Source: a bacterium
GTDB lineage: Bacteria > Patescibacteriota > Microgenomatia > UBA1406 > GWC2-37-13
Reading direction: 5' to 3'
Assembly: GCA_030647255.1 (NCBI GenBank)
Contig: JAUSJK010000048.1
Coordinates: 32,540-96,539 of the forward strand
DNA length: 64,000 bases
Below the pieces are notes generated by a model. The model was given only the letters and a program-made list of their open reading frames with translations, had not been told where the DNA came from and ran no database searches. The first letter of the stretch is position 1. Each line of letters begins with the position of its first letter. Position numbers and translations under genes: made by a program. Shown here in pieces: positions 47,240 to 57,703 of the stretch.

Positions 47240-50189
47240 CGAACAATATACAGTCGAAAAACATGTCGTTAAATTCTTATCCCAAAACTTGGGTTATGAG
47301 TATATTACTCCTGAAGATTTTGCTGGTTTGAGAAGTCTGGAAAATGAATACCTGATAGTTTCTCATCTTATAGAAGCTGTAAAACGAATAAATAACATTA
47401 CAGATGATACTGAAATCCAAAGTGTTATCCGGGAAATAAGGAAAATTGATACAAATGAGGGCTTCTTAAAACTCCTGCGTAATGGCGTAAACCTGAAAGA
47501 TTCAGAAACAGGCAAAATGCGTGATTACATGATCGTGGGCTACGATAACCTCGAAAACAATCAATTTGTAGTCACAAATCAATTCTACTTTGAAGGCAAT
47601 CTGGAAAATATACGATCTGATATTTTGGTTTTCCTTAACGGTATTCCTGTCGTTGATATTGAGGCAAAAAGTCCCACCGCATCCACCAGTGTTAGTTATG
47701 AAAATGCGATTGGTCAAATAATACGTTACCAGCGAGTCGCTATGAAGCTATTCTGGCCTAACTGTTTTAATATTGCGACAGATGGCTTAAAAACTGTCTA
47801 TGCTACTACTTACGCACCAGAACAGTACTTCTTGCAATGGAGAGATCCCTCCTTCGCTAAAGCTTCGGCGGGCAAGGAAGATTTGGAGTCTGATACAGGA
47901 TTGGAATTGACGCTTACTTCTTTATTAGATAAAAGTAGACTCTTAGATATTATTAAAAATTTCATTGTCTTTGAACAGACAAAAGACGGTCGCATTAAAA
48001 AGATGGCTCGTTACCAACAACTTCGTGCCACAAATAAAATCGTCGAACGAGTGAAAAAGGGAGAGAAGAAACGAGGCTTAATTTGGCACACGCAGGGATC
48101 GGGAAAATCTCTAACAATGTTTTTTACCGCATGGAAGCTCAGGTTTGACGAGTCTCTCAAGAATCCAAAAGTATTTGTTCTTGTTGATCGAATCGACCTA
48201 GACAATCAGATTTATGATTCATTTATCAATGCAGGTGGTAAAAACGTAATTAGAGTTACCTCCCAGCGTGATCTTGCGAAGAAAATTACCAATGATGAAA
48301 GAGGAATCTTTATCTCTACTATCGAGAAATTTAATGAACTTCCACTACATCTTGAGAATCCTCATGAAAATATCATCATTCTTTCTGATGAGGCTCACAG
48401 GTCGAACGAGGGTGTTGCTGGAATTAAACTACGAGATTCGATGGGAAAGGCTTTCTTCTTCGGATTTACAGGTACACCAATTGATAAAACGACTCTTAAT
48501 ACTCACCGAAACTTTGGTGAAGAAGGAGAACGCTATCTTGACTACTACTCCATTCAACAAGCCATTGATGACGGAGCAACCTTACCAGTAACATATGAGG
48601 CTCGTCTTTCCAAATTCTTTATTGATGAAGAAAAAATTGACCAGCAATTTGATGAGATGACCACCGATTTATCAGATGAGCAAAAACAATTAGTCATGCG
48701 ACGCTATGGCAAGAAAGAAGCGCTTATAAAACTTGATAAACGCATGAGAGCTGTAGCTCAAGATATTGTAGATCACTACCGACTTTACATTGAGCCGAAT
48801 GGCTTTAAAGCTCAAGTCGTTTGCTATGACCGAGAAGCGACTGCCAAATTCAAACAATTATTCAACGATCTTATTCCAGCCGAATGGACAGAAGTGGTGT
48901 ATTCATCTGGTGATCCTAATACTGACTCGGAGAGCTTGAGAAAATATAATACCAGCAAAGCTCAAAGAGAAAAAATTATTGATAAGTTCAAAGACCCGAA
49001 AACTCCTCTTAAATTATTGTTAGTCTGCGATATGCTTTTAACTGGATTTGATGCCCAAATTGAACAAGCGATGTACCTGGATAAGCCTTTGCGAGATCAC
49101 AATTTATTGCAAGCGATTGCTCGGACAAACAGAGTTTATCCAAATAAGGGATGCGGAAAGATAATTGACTACTATGGAATCACAAGAAACCTCTACGAGG
49201 CTTTGAATTTCGATGAAAGTATTATCGACTCAGCACTTATTGATCTTGACCACTTGAAAAAGGAGTTTTTGGAAGTTTTAGGTGAAATAAAAGATATTTT
49301 TACTGGTATCAATCAAGAAGACCCATCTATTGAAAACTTGAGGAGATGCTTAAAAATATTCATTGATAACGAAGGCAAACAGCGATACTTCACAGATAAG
49401 TATTCCAGATTAAAGCTATTATTTGAAGTTTTGTCACCTGACCCATTCCTTGCTGATTACATTCGAACATTCAAATGGACTACCAGTGTCTATATTGCTT
49501 TCCTCAATGATTTCCGTCAAGAAAATTTTGCAATGGAGGCTTTCCGAAGCGGTGACATTCCAACCTTCGGGGAGTATGGTGAAAGAGTTAAAAAATTGAT
49601 TCAAGAACAAATCGACTATGAAGGAATTACTAAAAACTTCAGAGAGTTAAAAATAAACGATATTTATACTCTTGAACGACTCGACAAGATGGATGATGAA
49701 GAAAAAGCACTCAACTTAGAAAAGATGCTTAAACAAGAGATTTCTATAAACATTGATACAAACCCTGTATTTCAAAAGTTTAGTGAGAGATTAACAGCTA
49801 TTCGTAAAGAATTTGAACAGCACCAGATTGATCTTTCTGAACGAATCAAACGTTATTATGACTTAATGAACGATATTAAAAATAAATATGATGAAGCAAA
49901 GGAGTTAGGACTTAATTTGCAGGAATATGGATTATTTGTCATTTCTCAAGAGTTTTTACCCAAAACAGACCAGCCAATTCTGTTGAGTTTGTCTAAAGAC
50001 CTTTCAAAGAGATTGCAGGCTATTCTTGATGAGGGCTGGCAGTATTCATCTAAGCGTGAAGAATTTCTTAAAGGTGTAAAACAGACTATCCAAGAGTTGA
50101 TTTTGAAGGAATACAAAAAGAAACTACAAGTTAAAGATTTCCCTAAATTTTTAAACAGACTCGTTGACATTGTAATCAAGAAGTTCTAA
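47229..50189 (+). CDS. hsdR: Type I R-M restriction subunit
   Basis: RSD..NGIP..IEAK, HTQGSGKS, DEAHR, FTGTP, MLLTGFDA and QAIARTNR motifs. Confidence 0.95.
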   Translation: MKFNEQYTVEKHVVKFLSQNLGYEYITPEDFAGLRSLENEYLIVSHLIEAVKRINNITDDTEIQSVIREIRKIDTNEGFLKLLRNGVNLKDSETGKMRDYMIVGYDNLENNQFVVTNQFYFEGNLENIRSDILVFLNGIPVVDIEAKSPTASTSVSYENAIGQIIRYQRVAMKLFWPNCFNIATDGLKTVYATTYAPEQYFLQWRDPSFAKASAGKEDLESDTGLELTLTSLLDKSRLLDIIKNFIVFEQTKDGRIKKMARYQQLRATNKIVERVKKGEKKRGLIWHTQGSGKSLTMFFTAWKLRFDESLKNPKVFVLVDRIDLDNQIYDSFINAGGKNVIRVTSQRDLAKKITNDERGIFISTIEKFNELPLHLENPHENIIILSDEAHRSNEGVAGIKLRDSMGKAFFFGFTGTPIDKTTLNTHRNFGEEGERYLDYYSIQQAIDDGATLPVTYEARLSKFFIDEEKIDQQFDEMTTDLSDEQKQLVMRRYGKKEALIKLDKRMRAVAQDIVDHYRLYIEPNGFKAQVVCYDREATAKFKQLFNDLIPAEWTEVVYSSGDPNTDSESLRKYNTSKAQREKIIDKFKDPKTPLKLLLVCDMLLTGFDAQIEQAMYLDKPLRDHNLLQAIARTNRVYPNKGCGKIIDYYGITRNLYEALNFDESIIDSALIDLDHLKKEFLEVLGEIKDIFTGINQEDPSIENLRRCLKIFIDNEGKQRYFTDKYSRLKLLFEVLSPDPFLADYIRTFKWTTSVYIAFLNDFRQENFAMEAFRSGDIPTFGEYGERVKKLIQEQIDYEGITKNFRELKINDIYTLERLDKMDDEEKALNLEKMLKQEISINIDTNPVFQKFSERLTAIRKEFEQHQIDLSERIKRYYDLMNDIKNKYDEAKELGLNLQEYGLFVISQEFLPKTDQPILLSLSKDLSKRLQAILDEGWQYSSKREEFLKGVKQTIQELILKEYKKKLQVKDFPKFLNRLVDIVIKKF
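47847..47877. repeat. Short GC-rich palindromic element within hsdR, read in frame
   Basis: ccctccttcgctaaagcttcggcgggcaagg encodes PSFAKASAGK. Confidence 0.6.
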
Positions 50190-50761
50190 TGAAAAAACAG
50201 ATTAACCTGCACAATCGAGTCGTAAACTACTCTATCCGTAGAAGTAAAAGAGCCAAGCGGATGAGGCTAGCTGTTTATTGTGACGGTAACTTCATTGTTA
50301 CTGTTCCCCAAACTTTCCCCACAAATTCAATTGATAGATACGTTATCGCTAAATCGCAGTGGGTCATCTCTAAGCTCAATTTTTTTGAAGGACTTAACAA
50401 AAAGCAGAAATTAACTTTTGGAGATAATGGATACGAGAAGTATAAGGAAAAAGCATTAGAAATGATTATCAAAAGACTGACAGCTCTTAATAAAACGCAT
50501 TATCAGTTCAAATTCAATAAATTAACAATCAGGAATCAAAAAACTCGTTGGGGAAGCTGCTCTAAGAAACGAAACCTTAACTTTAACTATAAAATATTAT
50601 TCCTGCATCCAAAGATAAGAGACTATATTATGATTCACGAACTATGTCATCTGAAAGAATTTAACCACTCGAAGAAATATTGGTCATTGGTAGAGAAAGC
50701 TCTTCCAAATTTTAAGAATGTCCAAGAGGAACTGAAAGTACACGGAATATTGTTAGGATGA
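50189..50761 (+). CDS. M48/YgjP-like zinc metalloprotease (DUF45)
   Basis: QKTRWGSCS and HELCHLKEFNHS motifs; a common companion of hsdR. Confidence 0.88.
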   Translation: MKKQINLHNRVVNYSIRRSKRAKRMRLAVYCDGNFIVTVPQTFPTNSIDRYVIAKSQWVISKLNFFEGLNKKQKLTFGDNGYEKYKEKALEMIIKRLTALNKTHYQFKFNKLTIRNQKTRWGSCSKKRNLNFNYKILFLHPKIRDYIMIHELCHLKEFNHSKKYWSLVEKALPNFKNVQEELKVHGILLG

Positions 50762-50791
50762 GGTATCATTTAGGAAGCGATTATTTTAATT

Positions 50792-51547
50792 ATGTCAAAA
50801 TACTACAACCCCAACCGGAAAAAGTATCTTTATGACTCTTTATCCAAAGAGACATTTAGATTGAGTCGGTCGAAGATAGACCTATTTCTTAATTGCCCCC
50901 GCTGTTTTTATCTTGATCGTAAACTTGGTGTCGCTCAACCGCCTGGGTATCCTTTTTCTCTCAACTCTGCTGTCGATAAACTCCTTAAAAAAGAATTTGA
51001 TATTCACCGGGCAAATGAAACGGCGCACCCGTTGATGAGAGCCTATGGGATTGATGCGATACCTTTGCGTCATGAAAAAATTGACGAGTGGCGAGATGCA
51101 TTGAGGCGGGGAATTACGTATACGATCGCTGAGGAACATGTCGTGATCACAGGGGGAGTTGATGATGTGTGGGTCAATCCAAAAGGGGAGTTTTACATTG
51201 TGGATTACAAGGCGACTTCAAAAGAGGAAGAAGTGACTCTTGATGCCGACTGGCAGATCGGATACAAAAGGCAGATGGAGATATATCAATGGTTATTTCG
51301 TCAAAATGGATATACGGTTTCCTCGACGGGATATTTTGTCTACTGTAACGGGAACACGGACAAAGAAGCATTTGACGGAAAGCTCGAATTTAACATCAAG
51401 ATTATTCCATATGTCGGGGACGATGGGTGGGTTGAAAAAACTATTCTTTCTGCGATTGAATGTCTAAAAGGCGATCATATTCCTGAAATGGGCGCAGACT
51501 GTGATTATTGTAAGTACCGTGAAGCAGTCCGTCAGTTTGAAAAATGA
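50792..51547 (+). CDS. PD-(D/E)XK nuclease family protein
   Basis: SRSK..CPRCFY, GGVDD, IVDYK, QMEIY and CDYC motifs. Confidence 0.85.
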   Translation: MSKYYNPNRKKYLYDSLSKETFRLSRSKIDLFLNCPRCFYLDRKLGVAQPPGYPFSLNSAVDKLLKKEFDIHRANETAHPLMRAYGIDAIPLRHEKIDEWRDALRRGITYTIAEEHVVITGGVDDVWVNPKGEFYIVDYKATSKEEEVTLDADWQIGYKRQMEIYQWLFRQNGYTVSSTGYFVYCNGNTDKEAFDGKLEFNIKIIPYVGDDGWVEKTILSAIECLKGDHIPEMGADCDYCKYREAVRQFEK

Positions 51548-51586
51548 TATCTTTACTTTCGTCCATCTTTCGTCTATAATGTGTCT

Positions 51587-52621
51587 ATGTTTGAGCCTAA
51601 ATATACCATTACAGGGAAACTGCTGGAGAATATAAAACGTGTCAATCGACTCGTGAATGATCTTAACCAAAGACGGTTTTCTGATGTGGTTTTGGTTGAG
51701 CTCCAAAAGACTGCCGAGGCGACCTCGGCATTTGCTTCAACGAGTATCGAAGGCAATCCTTTGCCGTTGACCGACGTCAAACAGATATTGAAAACAAGAC
51801 CGCACAATTTGCGGGAAAGCGAGCAGGAAGTCGTCAACTACAACGAAGCCCTGCAGGAAATCAACACAGATTTAAAAAGAGGAAAGATCTCATTTAACAT
51901 TTCCCTGGTTTTGTCCATCCAAAGAAAAGTAATCAATACCATTTTTCCTCCGTTTCAATCCGGAAAACTGCGGACTCAACCGGTATTTGTAAATGACCCT
52001 CGTCTGCAGAAAACTGTCTACTGGCCTCCCGACGTGCAGGACGTACCCGGACTTATGGAAGACCTCATTGAATTTGTGCAAAAAAATAAACATATCATTG
52101 ATTCTTTGATACTTGCGGGCATTTTTCATAAGCAAATGGTGATTATTCATCCGTTTATGGATGGAAACGGAAGGGCATCTCGTCTTTTGACAAAGATTCT
52201 TCTAGCGGAAATGGGGCTGAATACATTTAATCTTTTCAGCTTTGAAAATTATTACAATAATAATGTCACTAGGTATTTTGAAATGGTTGGAGAGAGGGGC
52301 AATTATTACGATATTGAAAAAACAATAGATTTTACATTTTGGCTTGAGTATTTTACCGATGGCATAATTGATGAATTACTGCGGGTAGAGAAACTACTTC
52401 CACACGTCTTAATAAGTCCTCAGACGGAGCTTAAGTCATATCACCAAAAAATGTTACTTCATATCAGACAAAAAGGGTATATTACCGATCGTGAGTATGC
52501 AAAACTCGTTTTCCGTGCACGATCTACCCGTCATCTTGATTTTAAAAAACTAATCAGTCTTGGATTAATCGAAATGAAAGGTGAAAGTAAAGCAGCGCAC
52601 TATGTAGTAAAAGAAAAATAA
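51587..52621 (+). CDS. Fic family protein with a C-terminal wHTH
   Basis: STSIEGN and HPFMDGNGRASR motifs; TATAAT-N6-ATG. Confidence 0.9.
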   Translation: MFEPKYTITGKLLENIKRVNRLVNDLNQRRFSDVVLVELQKTAEATSAFASTSIEGNPLPLTDVKQILKTRPHNLRESEQEVVNYNEALQEINTDLKRGKISFNISLVLSIQRKVINTIFPPFQSGKLRTQPVFVNDPRLQKTVYWPPDVQDVPGLMEDLIEFVQKNKHIIDSLILAGIFHKQMVIIHPFMDGNGRASRLLTKILLAEMGLNTFNLFSFENYYNNNVTRYFEMVGERGNYYDIEKTIDFTFWLEYFTDGIIDELLRVEKLLPHVLISPQTELKSYHQKMLLHIRQKGYITDREYAKLVFRARSTRHLDFKKLISLGLIEMKGESKAAHYVVKEK

Positions 52622-52629
52622 GATTGGGA

Positions 52630-53058
52630 TCACCAGCCAACTTCGGAATAAAACTTCTTCAGCGTGTGGTTTTGAATCGCCGTTTTGATGTAGGGGATAG
52701 TATTTGTTGGCAAATTATCAATAGGAAACCATTGTAGATCGTCACATTTTTCGGGTTCGGTATTACTCGGTTCTTTGTCCCATTTCTCAACGAAAAAGAA
52801 AAAATCGAGCCGTATATCCTCCTTTTTTCTGTGCATGACATGAGCGAGTGTAATATCTTCTTGTTTTAAATCGATACCGATCTCTTCTTTTATTTCCCGG
52901 CAGAATGCCGACGTGAGAGGTTCATTATTTTCTACGTGTCCGGCGGGGAGTCCATAGTTTCCATCCTCATATCCCGTATTTTGTCTTCTCAAAAGAAGAA
53001 TCTTATTGTTTCTTATGAAAAATCCGTATACAGACGCAATCATCTTAAATCTCTCCAT
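52630..53058 (-). CDS. NUDIX hydrolase
   Basis: PAGHVE..REIKEEIG and EPEKCDDL motifs. Confidence 0.88.
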   Translation of the reverse strand: MERFKMIASVYGFFIRNNKILLLRRQNTGYEDGNYGLPAGHVENNEPLTSAFCREIKEEIGIDLKQEDITLAHVMHRKKEDIRLDFFFFVEKWDKEPSNTEPEKCDDLQWFPIDNLPTNTIPYIKTAIQNHTLKKFYSEVGW

Positions 53059-53144
53059 AGCATTTATTATACCTGGAGTAATAATCTTATGGTTAAAAAA
53101 ATTATCTATTGACTAATGCTAAAGATTTAGTAACATAATTTTAT

Positions 53145-53792
53145 ATGAGTAAACAAATCATTGTCGTTGCGGTCATTGTTATCCTGTTGGGTGCGGGTGG
53201 TTTTTTCTTTATGAGTAAGGATTCGACCAATACTAAGTCTCCCACTGATGAAGTCTCACAGGAAGGTATGACTGAGAAAACCGGTGGACCAAAATCAATC
53301 AAAGACCTTTTCTCTTTAGGAACGGCTCAGCAATGTACGTTTAAAGATACGGCGGAGAATGGGGGAACTGTGTATGTGAGTGGCGGCAAGATGAGAGGTG
53401 ATTTTACTACGGTTTCGGGAAATAAAACAATACAATCTCACATGATAAGAGACGATAAAACTTCGTATGTCTGGATGGAAGGCGAAACAATGGGATATAA
53501 AATGTCTGTCGAATCTACAAATCAAACTTCTCCTCAAGGTGGGACAACTAATACTCAAGGAAGTATCGATTTGGATAAAAAAGCCGACTACAGCTGTAAG
53601 CCTTGGGTAGTCAGTGAATCGATGTTTCAGATGCCTTCCAATGTTCAATTTACTGATTTGAACGCCATGATGCAACAAAGTCCTCCTCAAGGAGGAACAC
53701 AGGATATGAAGTCGATTCAATGTGCGGCTTGTGACACCGTTCCAGAGTTGACACCACGTGCTCAGTGTAGAGCCGCCCTCAGCTGCAACTGA
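53145..53792 (+). CDS. Membrane-anchored extracellular hypothetical protein
   Basis: N-terminal TM helix, beta-rich core, Cys-containing tail. Confidence 0.65.
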   Translation: MSKQIIVVAVIVILLGAGGFFFMSKDSTNTKSPTDEVSQEGMTEKTGGPKSIKDLFSLGTAQQCTFKDTAENGGTVYVSGGKMRGDFTTVSGNKTIQSHMIRDDKTSYVWMEGETMGYKMSVESTNQTSPQGGTTNTQGSIDLDKKADYSCKPWVVSESMFQMPSNVQFTDLNAMMQQSPPQGGTQDMKSIQCAACDTVPELTPRAQCRAALSCN

Positions 53793-53812
53793 CTTCTAAA
53801 TTTTAAAATTCC

Positions 53813-54997
53813 TCACTTAACTTTCAGAATGGCTTGAGAGATGGTTTCGGCGAGGTTGGGAGTGAAGACATCGGGAATAATATTCGTAGCGGTGGGTTTT
53901 TTGATCATATTGGCAAGTGCGTCTGCGGCGGCTATCTTCATTTCTTGCGTAATAACTTTGAGCCTTCCTTTGATAACAGCTCGGAAAATACCAGGGAAAG
54001 CAAGAACATTATTTATTTGATTAGGTAGATCACTGCGTCCACTCGCGACTACTTTCGCATCGGCATCTAGCGCGTCTTGGGGCATAATCTCGGGTGAAGG
54101 GTTGGCCATAGCAAACACAATCGCGTCCTTGGCCAGACTACTGACCATATCTTTGGTAATAATATTTGGCCCCGATAATCCAATAAGAACATCAGCTCCT
54201 TTTACCACATATTGCAATGTTCCTATCTTTCTATTTTTATTTGAAACGCCGGCAATAGCTTGTTTGTAAATATTTTGATGTTCGCGGCCCGAATAAAGTG
54301 CTCCATTTTTATCAACGACAATTACATCTCCGACGGCGGAGTGTCCGGGCATACGGTAACACACGTCGGCGGAACAGTTGAGACCCAGCAACATACGTGT
54401 TGTGGCCAGACCAGCTGCGCCTGCTCCAACAACAACAACTTTTAAAGAATCATAAGGTTTGTTGACGACTTTGGTGGCGTTGCGTAAAGCCGCTGAGATG
54501 ACAATGGCGGTGCCGTGTTGGTCATCATGAAATACGGGGATGCCGATATTCTGAAGCGCCTCTTCTATTTGAAAACAGCGGGGAGCTGATATGTCTTCGA
54601 GATTTATTCCGGCAAAAGAAGGAGCGATATAGGTGACAAATTTGATTATCTCGGCCGGATCTTGAGTATTCATCACAATCGGTACACTATCAACGCCGCC
54701 AAATTCTTTGAGCAAAAGTGATTTGCCTTCCATTACGGGAATTGCCGCCTCGGGGCCAATATTCCCGAGCCCAAGTACTGCCGAACCGTCGGAGATAACG
54801 GCGACCGTTCTATCTCTCCAGGTAAGATCATAAGAAAGCGATTTATTTTTGGCAATTTCTCGACTCGGTTGGGCGACGCCGGGAGTATAAAAAAGAGACA
54901 AATCATGTTTATTTTTAAGAGGAGTAGTGGGTTCAATCTTTATTTTACCCTGGTATTTTTTATGAAGCTTTAACGCCTCATCGTATATGTCGTTCAC
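53813..54997 (-). CDS. NAD(P)-dependent malic enzyme
   Basis: YTPGVA, VMEGK, NLEDI, FHDDQHGTA, GAGAAG and NQINNVLAFPG motifs. Confidence 0.93.
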   Translation of the reverse strand: MNDIYDEALKLHKKYQGKIKIEPTTPLKNKHDLSLFYTPGVAQPSREIAKNKSLSYDLTWRDRTVAVISDGSAVLGLGNIGPEAAIPVMEGKSLLLKEFGGVDSVPIVMNTQDPAEIIKFVTYIAPSFAGINLEDISAPRCFQIEEALQNIGIPVFHDDQHGTAIVISAALRNATKVVNKPYDSLKVVVVGAGAAGLATTRMLLGLNCSADVCYRMPGHSAVGDVIVVDKNGALYSGREHQNIYKQAIAGVSNKNRKIGTLQYVVKGADVLIGLSGPNIITKDMVSSLAKDAIVFAMANPSPEIMPQDALDADAKVVASGRSDLPNQINNVLAFPGIFRAVIKGRLKVITQEMKIAAADALANMIKKPTATNIIPDVFTPNLAETISQAILKVK

Positions 54998-55063
54998 GAA
55001 CTTATTTTATCATAATGTGCATTTTAATTTTGTTAATTTCCTTGTATAATCTTTGTCTGACTT

Positions 55064-56248
55064 ATGTTTAAACAAAACAGAAATTTGCTCATCATTGCGC
55101 TCATTGCTATCGTCAATGCTCTCGGATATGGGATCATTATCCCTATTTTATATTCATACTCTATGAAGTATGGTCTCTCCGATTTTCAGAACGGACTTCT
55201 TTTTGCTACCTTTTCTATCTGTCAGTTCTTTGCTACACCTGTCATCGGTCGTCTCTCAGATAAATATGGACGTAAGCCATTACTTGTATTTTCAATTGCG
55301 GGCACTGCATTGTCATTTTTGATGATGGCGTTTGCTCCGAGCGCTATTTTCCTTTTTATAGCCCGGGCACTTGACGGTATTACTGCGGGCAATATTCCCG
55401 TCGCGTCTGCTGTAATTACGGATACGACAGAGCCAAAAGACAGAGCAAAAGGGTTTGGTATAATCGGTGCCTCATTTGGATTCGGTTTTATTTTTGGTCC
55501 GGCAATATCCGCAGCGACAAGCAGTATTAACCCCGCCTTGCCTTTTATTATTGCGGCGGTAGTTTCTATCGTCGCCGTCATTATGACAGCTCTCTTTCTT
55601 CCGGAAACAAATAAAAATATGGGACAAGTCAAACATGATGGGTTATTTAATTTCGGCAAATTGCTTCATGCGTTGACAAATAGAACAATAGGAGCCACAT
55701 TGCTTCTGTCACTTCTTTTCTTTACGTCGTTTTCCATGTTTATCTATGCGTTTCAGTCAGCGTCTGTTAGGGTCTACCATATGTCGCCTAGTCAAATCTC
55801 GCTTCTTTTTACTGTATTTGGAGTGCTCAGTTTAGTCGCACAACTTGTGACACTTGGACTTGCAACAAAAGCGTTTGGAGTCAAAAGAACATTTATTACG
55901 TCGCTTCTCTGGATCTCGATCGTTTTTGTCGTCATGTCCTTTACCCGAAGTATTCTGGCATTTATCATCTGTAATATTATGTTAGGTTTGGTCAACTCGT
56001 TTATTCAGCCTTTATCACAGACGATCCTTTCGGAAGAAACAGACCCGAAAGAACAAGGAGAAATGCAGGGTCTGAACGCGTCGTATATGAGTATTGGTCA
56101 AATCATTGGTCCTATTTTAGCCGGCATATTTGCTACCTATTCAGTCACGTCGCCCTTCTTAGGAGCCGGATTGCTCGCCTTTGGGTGTTTTATTCTATCT
56201 TTCCAAATTTTTTCCCATCTTCCCAAGAAAGTACATATTTCTCCATAA
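55064..56248 (+). CDS. MFS transporter (DHA1/TetA-like)
   Basis: GRLSDKYGRKP and GFGFIFGP motifs; about 12 TM helices. Confidence 0.9.
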   Translation: MFKQNRNLLIIALIAIVNALGYGIIIPILYSYSMKYGLSDFQNGLLFATFSICQFFATPVIGRLSDKYGRKPLLVFSIAGTALSFLMMAFAPSAIFLFIARALDGITAGNIPVASAVITDTTEPKDRAKGFGIIGASFGFGFIFGPAISAATSSINPALPFIIAAVVSIVAVIMTALFLPETNKNMGQVKHDGLFNFGKLLHALTNRTIGATLLLSLLFFTSFSMFIYAFQSASVRVYHMSPSQISLLFTVFGVLSLVAQLVTLGLATKAFGVKRTFITSLLWISIVFVVMSFTRSILAFIICNIMLGLVNSFIQPLSQTILSEETDPKEQGEMQGLNASYMSIGQIIGPILAGIFATYSVTSPFLGAGLLAFGCFILSFQIFSHLPKKVHISP

Positions 56249-56388
56249 GAAAATAGGCTTTAAGGGATGGGTTATTAGCGACTTTTTTACTTTAGGCGAA
56301 GAAATACAAAAGTTGTATCTTCCCTATGCTCCACGATTTATTCAAAAGAAATATAAAGAGTTACGTCTCAAACTGCTATAATTCAGGA

Positions 56389-56862
56389 ATGGACGACGCT
56401 CATGTCAGACAAGCGAGAAAAGAAGATTTAGAGTCGATACTATTACTATCCGATGAACTTACTTTTTCCGATCTACCGTATGATCGAGAGGTCGACGTAG
56501 CATGGGCACATACTAATAATGGAAAAGACTATTATTCCGAGAAGATCAATGAAAGGAAAGGAATCTGTTTTGTTGCGGAACAAAATAATAAAATTGTAGG
56601 ATACGCAACAGCCGCTGAGAAAGAAATTCCGTCATACAGAAAAGTTAAAGTAGTCGAACTCGAGAACTTAGTGGTAAAAAAAGAAAAGAGAGGAAAAAGA
56701 ATAGGCAAAATGCTTCTTGACGCTTTTATGAAATGGGCTAAAGCTACCGGAGCACATAGAGTTTCCGTAAATGTCTTTGCTCTAAATGAAAAGGGAATAT
56801 CTTTTTACAGACGAGAAGGCTTTCTGCCTTTTGAAAGTATATTAGAAATGCACGTGAAGTAG
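56389..56862 (+). CDS. GNAT acetyltransferase
   Basis: RGKRIGKML and N..GISFYRREGF motifs; TATAAT-N6-ATG. Confidence 0.85.
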   Translation: MDDAHVRQARKEDLESILLLSDELTFSDLPYDREVDVAWAHTNNGKDYYSEKINERKGICFVAEQNNKIVGYATAAEKEIPSYRKVKVVELENLVVKKEKRGKRIGKMLLDAFMKWAKATGAHRVSVNVFALNEKGISFYRREGFLPFESILEMHVK

Positions 56863-56895
56863 GAATGAGATATTCATAAGACTATCTTTTTTTAC

Positions 56896-57600
56896 TTAAT
56901 GAAATCGTACTAGTATTGCGGCAATTGTTCCCACGAGATATGTAACGAGAGTATATGTTGTGTAAGGATATTGAAGATATCTTTTTCTCGCCAATACGAA
57001 AAAATAAACCGCAATTCCTGTCATAATAAGTGAATATACCATTCCTACGAGTACCGTATCAAAAGCGGCATAGGCGAATATGGCCAACGCATATACTAAG
57101 GCATTGATTACAGTAGCGGGTAAATCTTTCTTTTCATATGTTTTATTCGGTCTCAATTTTTCAAATAACAGAATAGCAACATTCATTAAAATCGCTCCGA
57201 TAAAATATAAAATATTGCCCGTATAGAAATCATTAAAAAACATCCCCCCGCATAGATCTCCCGAAAACTTTTTTACATCGCAGAAATGATTAAAGTTAAA
57301 ACTACTTACTTCATGTAGTCCGTTTCCCGTCGCATAAAAATAAACTCCGACGACAAATAGTAAAAGTAAAAGTCTTCCTTTTTTTGCTTTTAAACTCTCA
57401 AAATTTCCGGAGGCATCCTGAATTATAAGAAAAGGAATGATGACAGTGAGAAGTATGATGACCGCGATCTGGACAATCTCGTGCAAACGCATGAAGCTGT
57501 AGGGTTGGAGAAGAATTCTCGTCGTAAAAGAAAATCTTTCGATAGTGACCAATACGACGCTAAGAGAACTAAAAGTCAAAAGCAAGTTAATACGCTTCAT
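56896..57600 (-). CDS. Hypothetical polytopic membrane protein
   Basis: About 7 hydrophobic segments; GNGLHE motif. Confidence 0.65.
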   Translation of the reverse strand: MKRINLLLTFSSLSVVLVTIERFSFTTRILLQPYSFMRLHEIVQIAVIILLTVIIPFLIIQDASGNFESLKAKKGRLLLLLFVVGVYFYATGNGLHEVSSFNFNHFCDVKKFSGDLCGGMFFNDFYTGNILYFIGAILMNVAILLFEKLRPNKTYEKKDLPATVINALVYALAIFAYAAFDTVLVGMVYSLIMTGIAVYFFVLARKRYLQYPYTTYTLVTYLVGTIAAILVRFH

Positions 57601-57703
57601 AATGTAAAGTAAATTATAATAAATAATTTATTCTAAAATAGAACATAATGAAAATGTGAATAAAATGTTACAAATTTGTTACAGATTTATGTATACTTTT
57701 TTT

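Noticed and set aside
50792..51547. Cas4-like nuclease implying a CRISPR system
   Set aside because: No repeat-spacer array or cas genes are in the window, and the Cys pattern fits stand-alone PD-(D/E)XK proteins.
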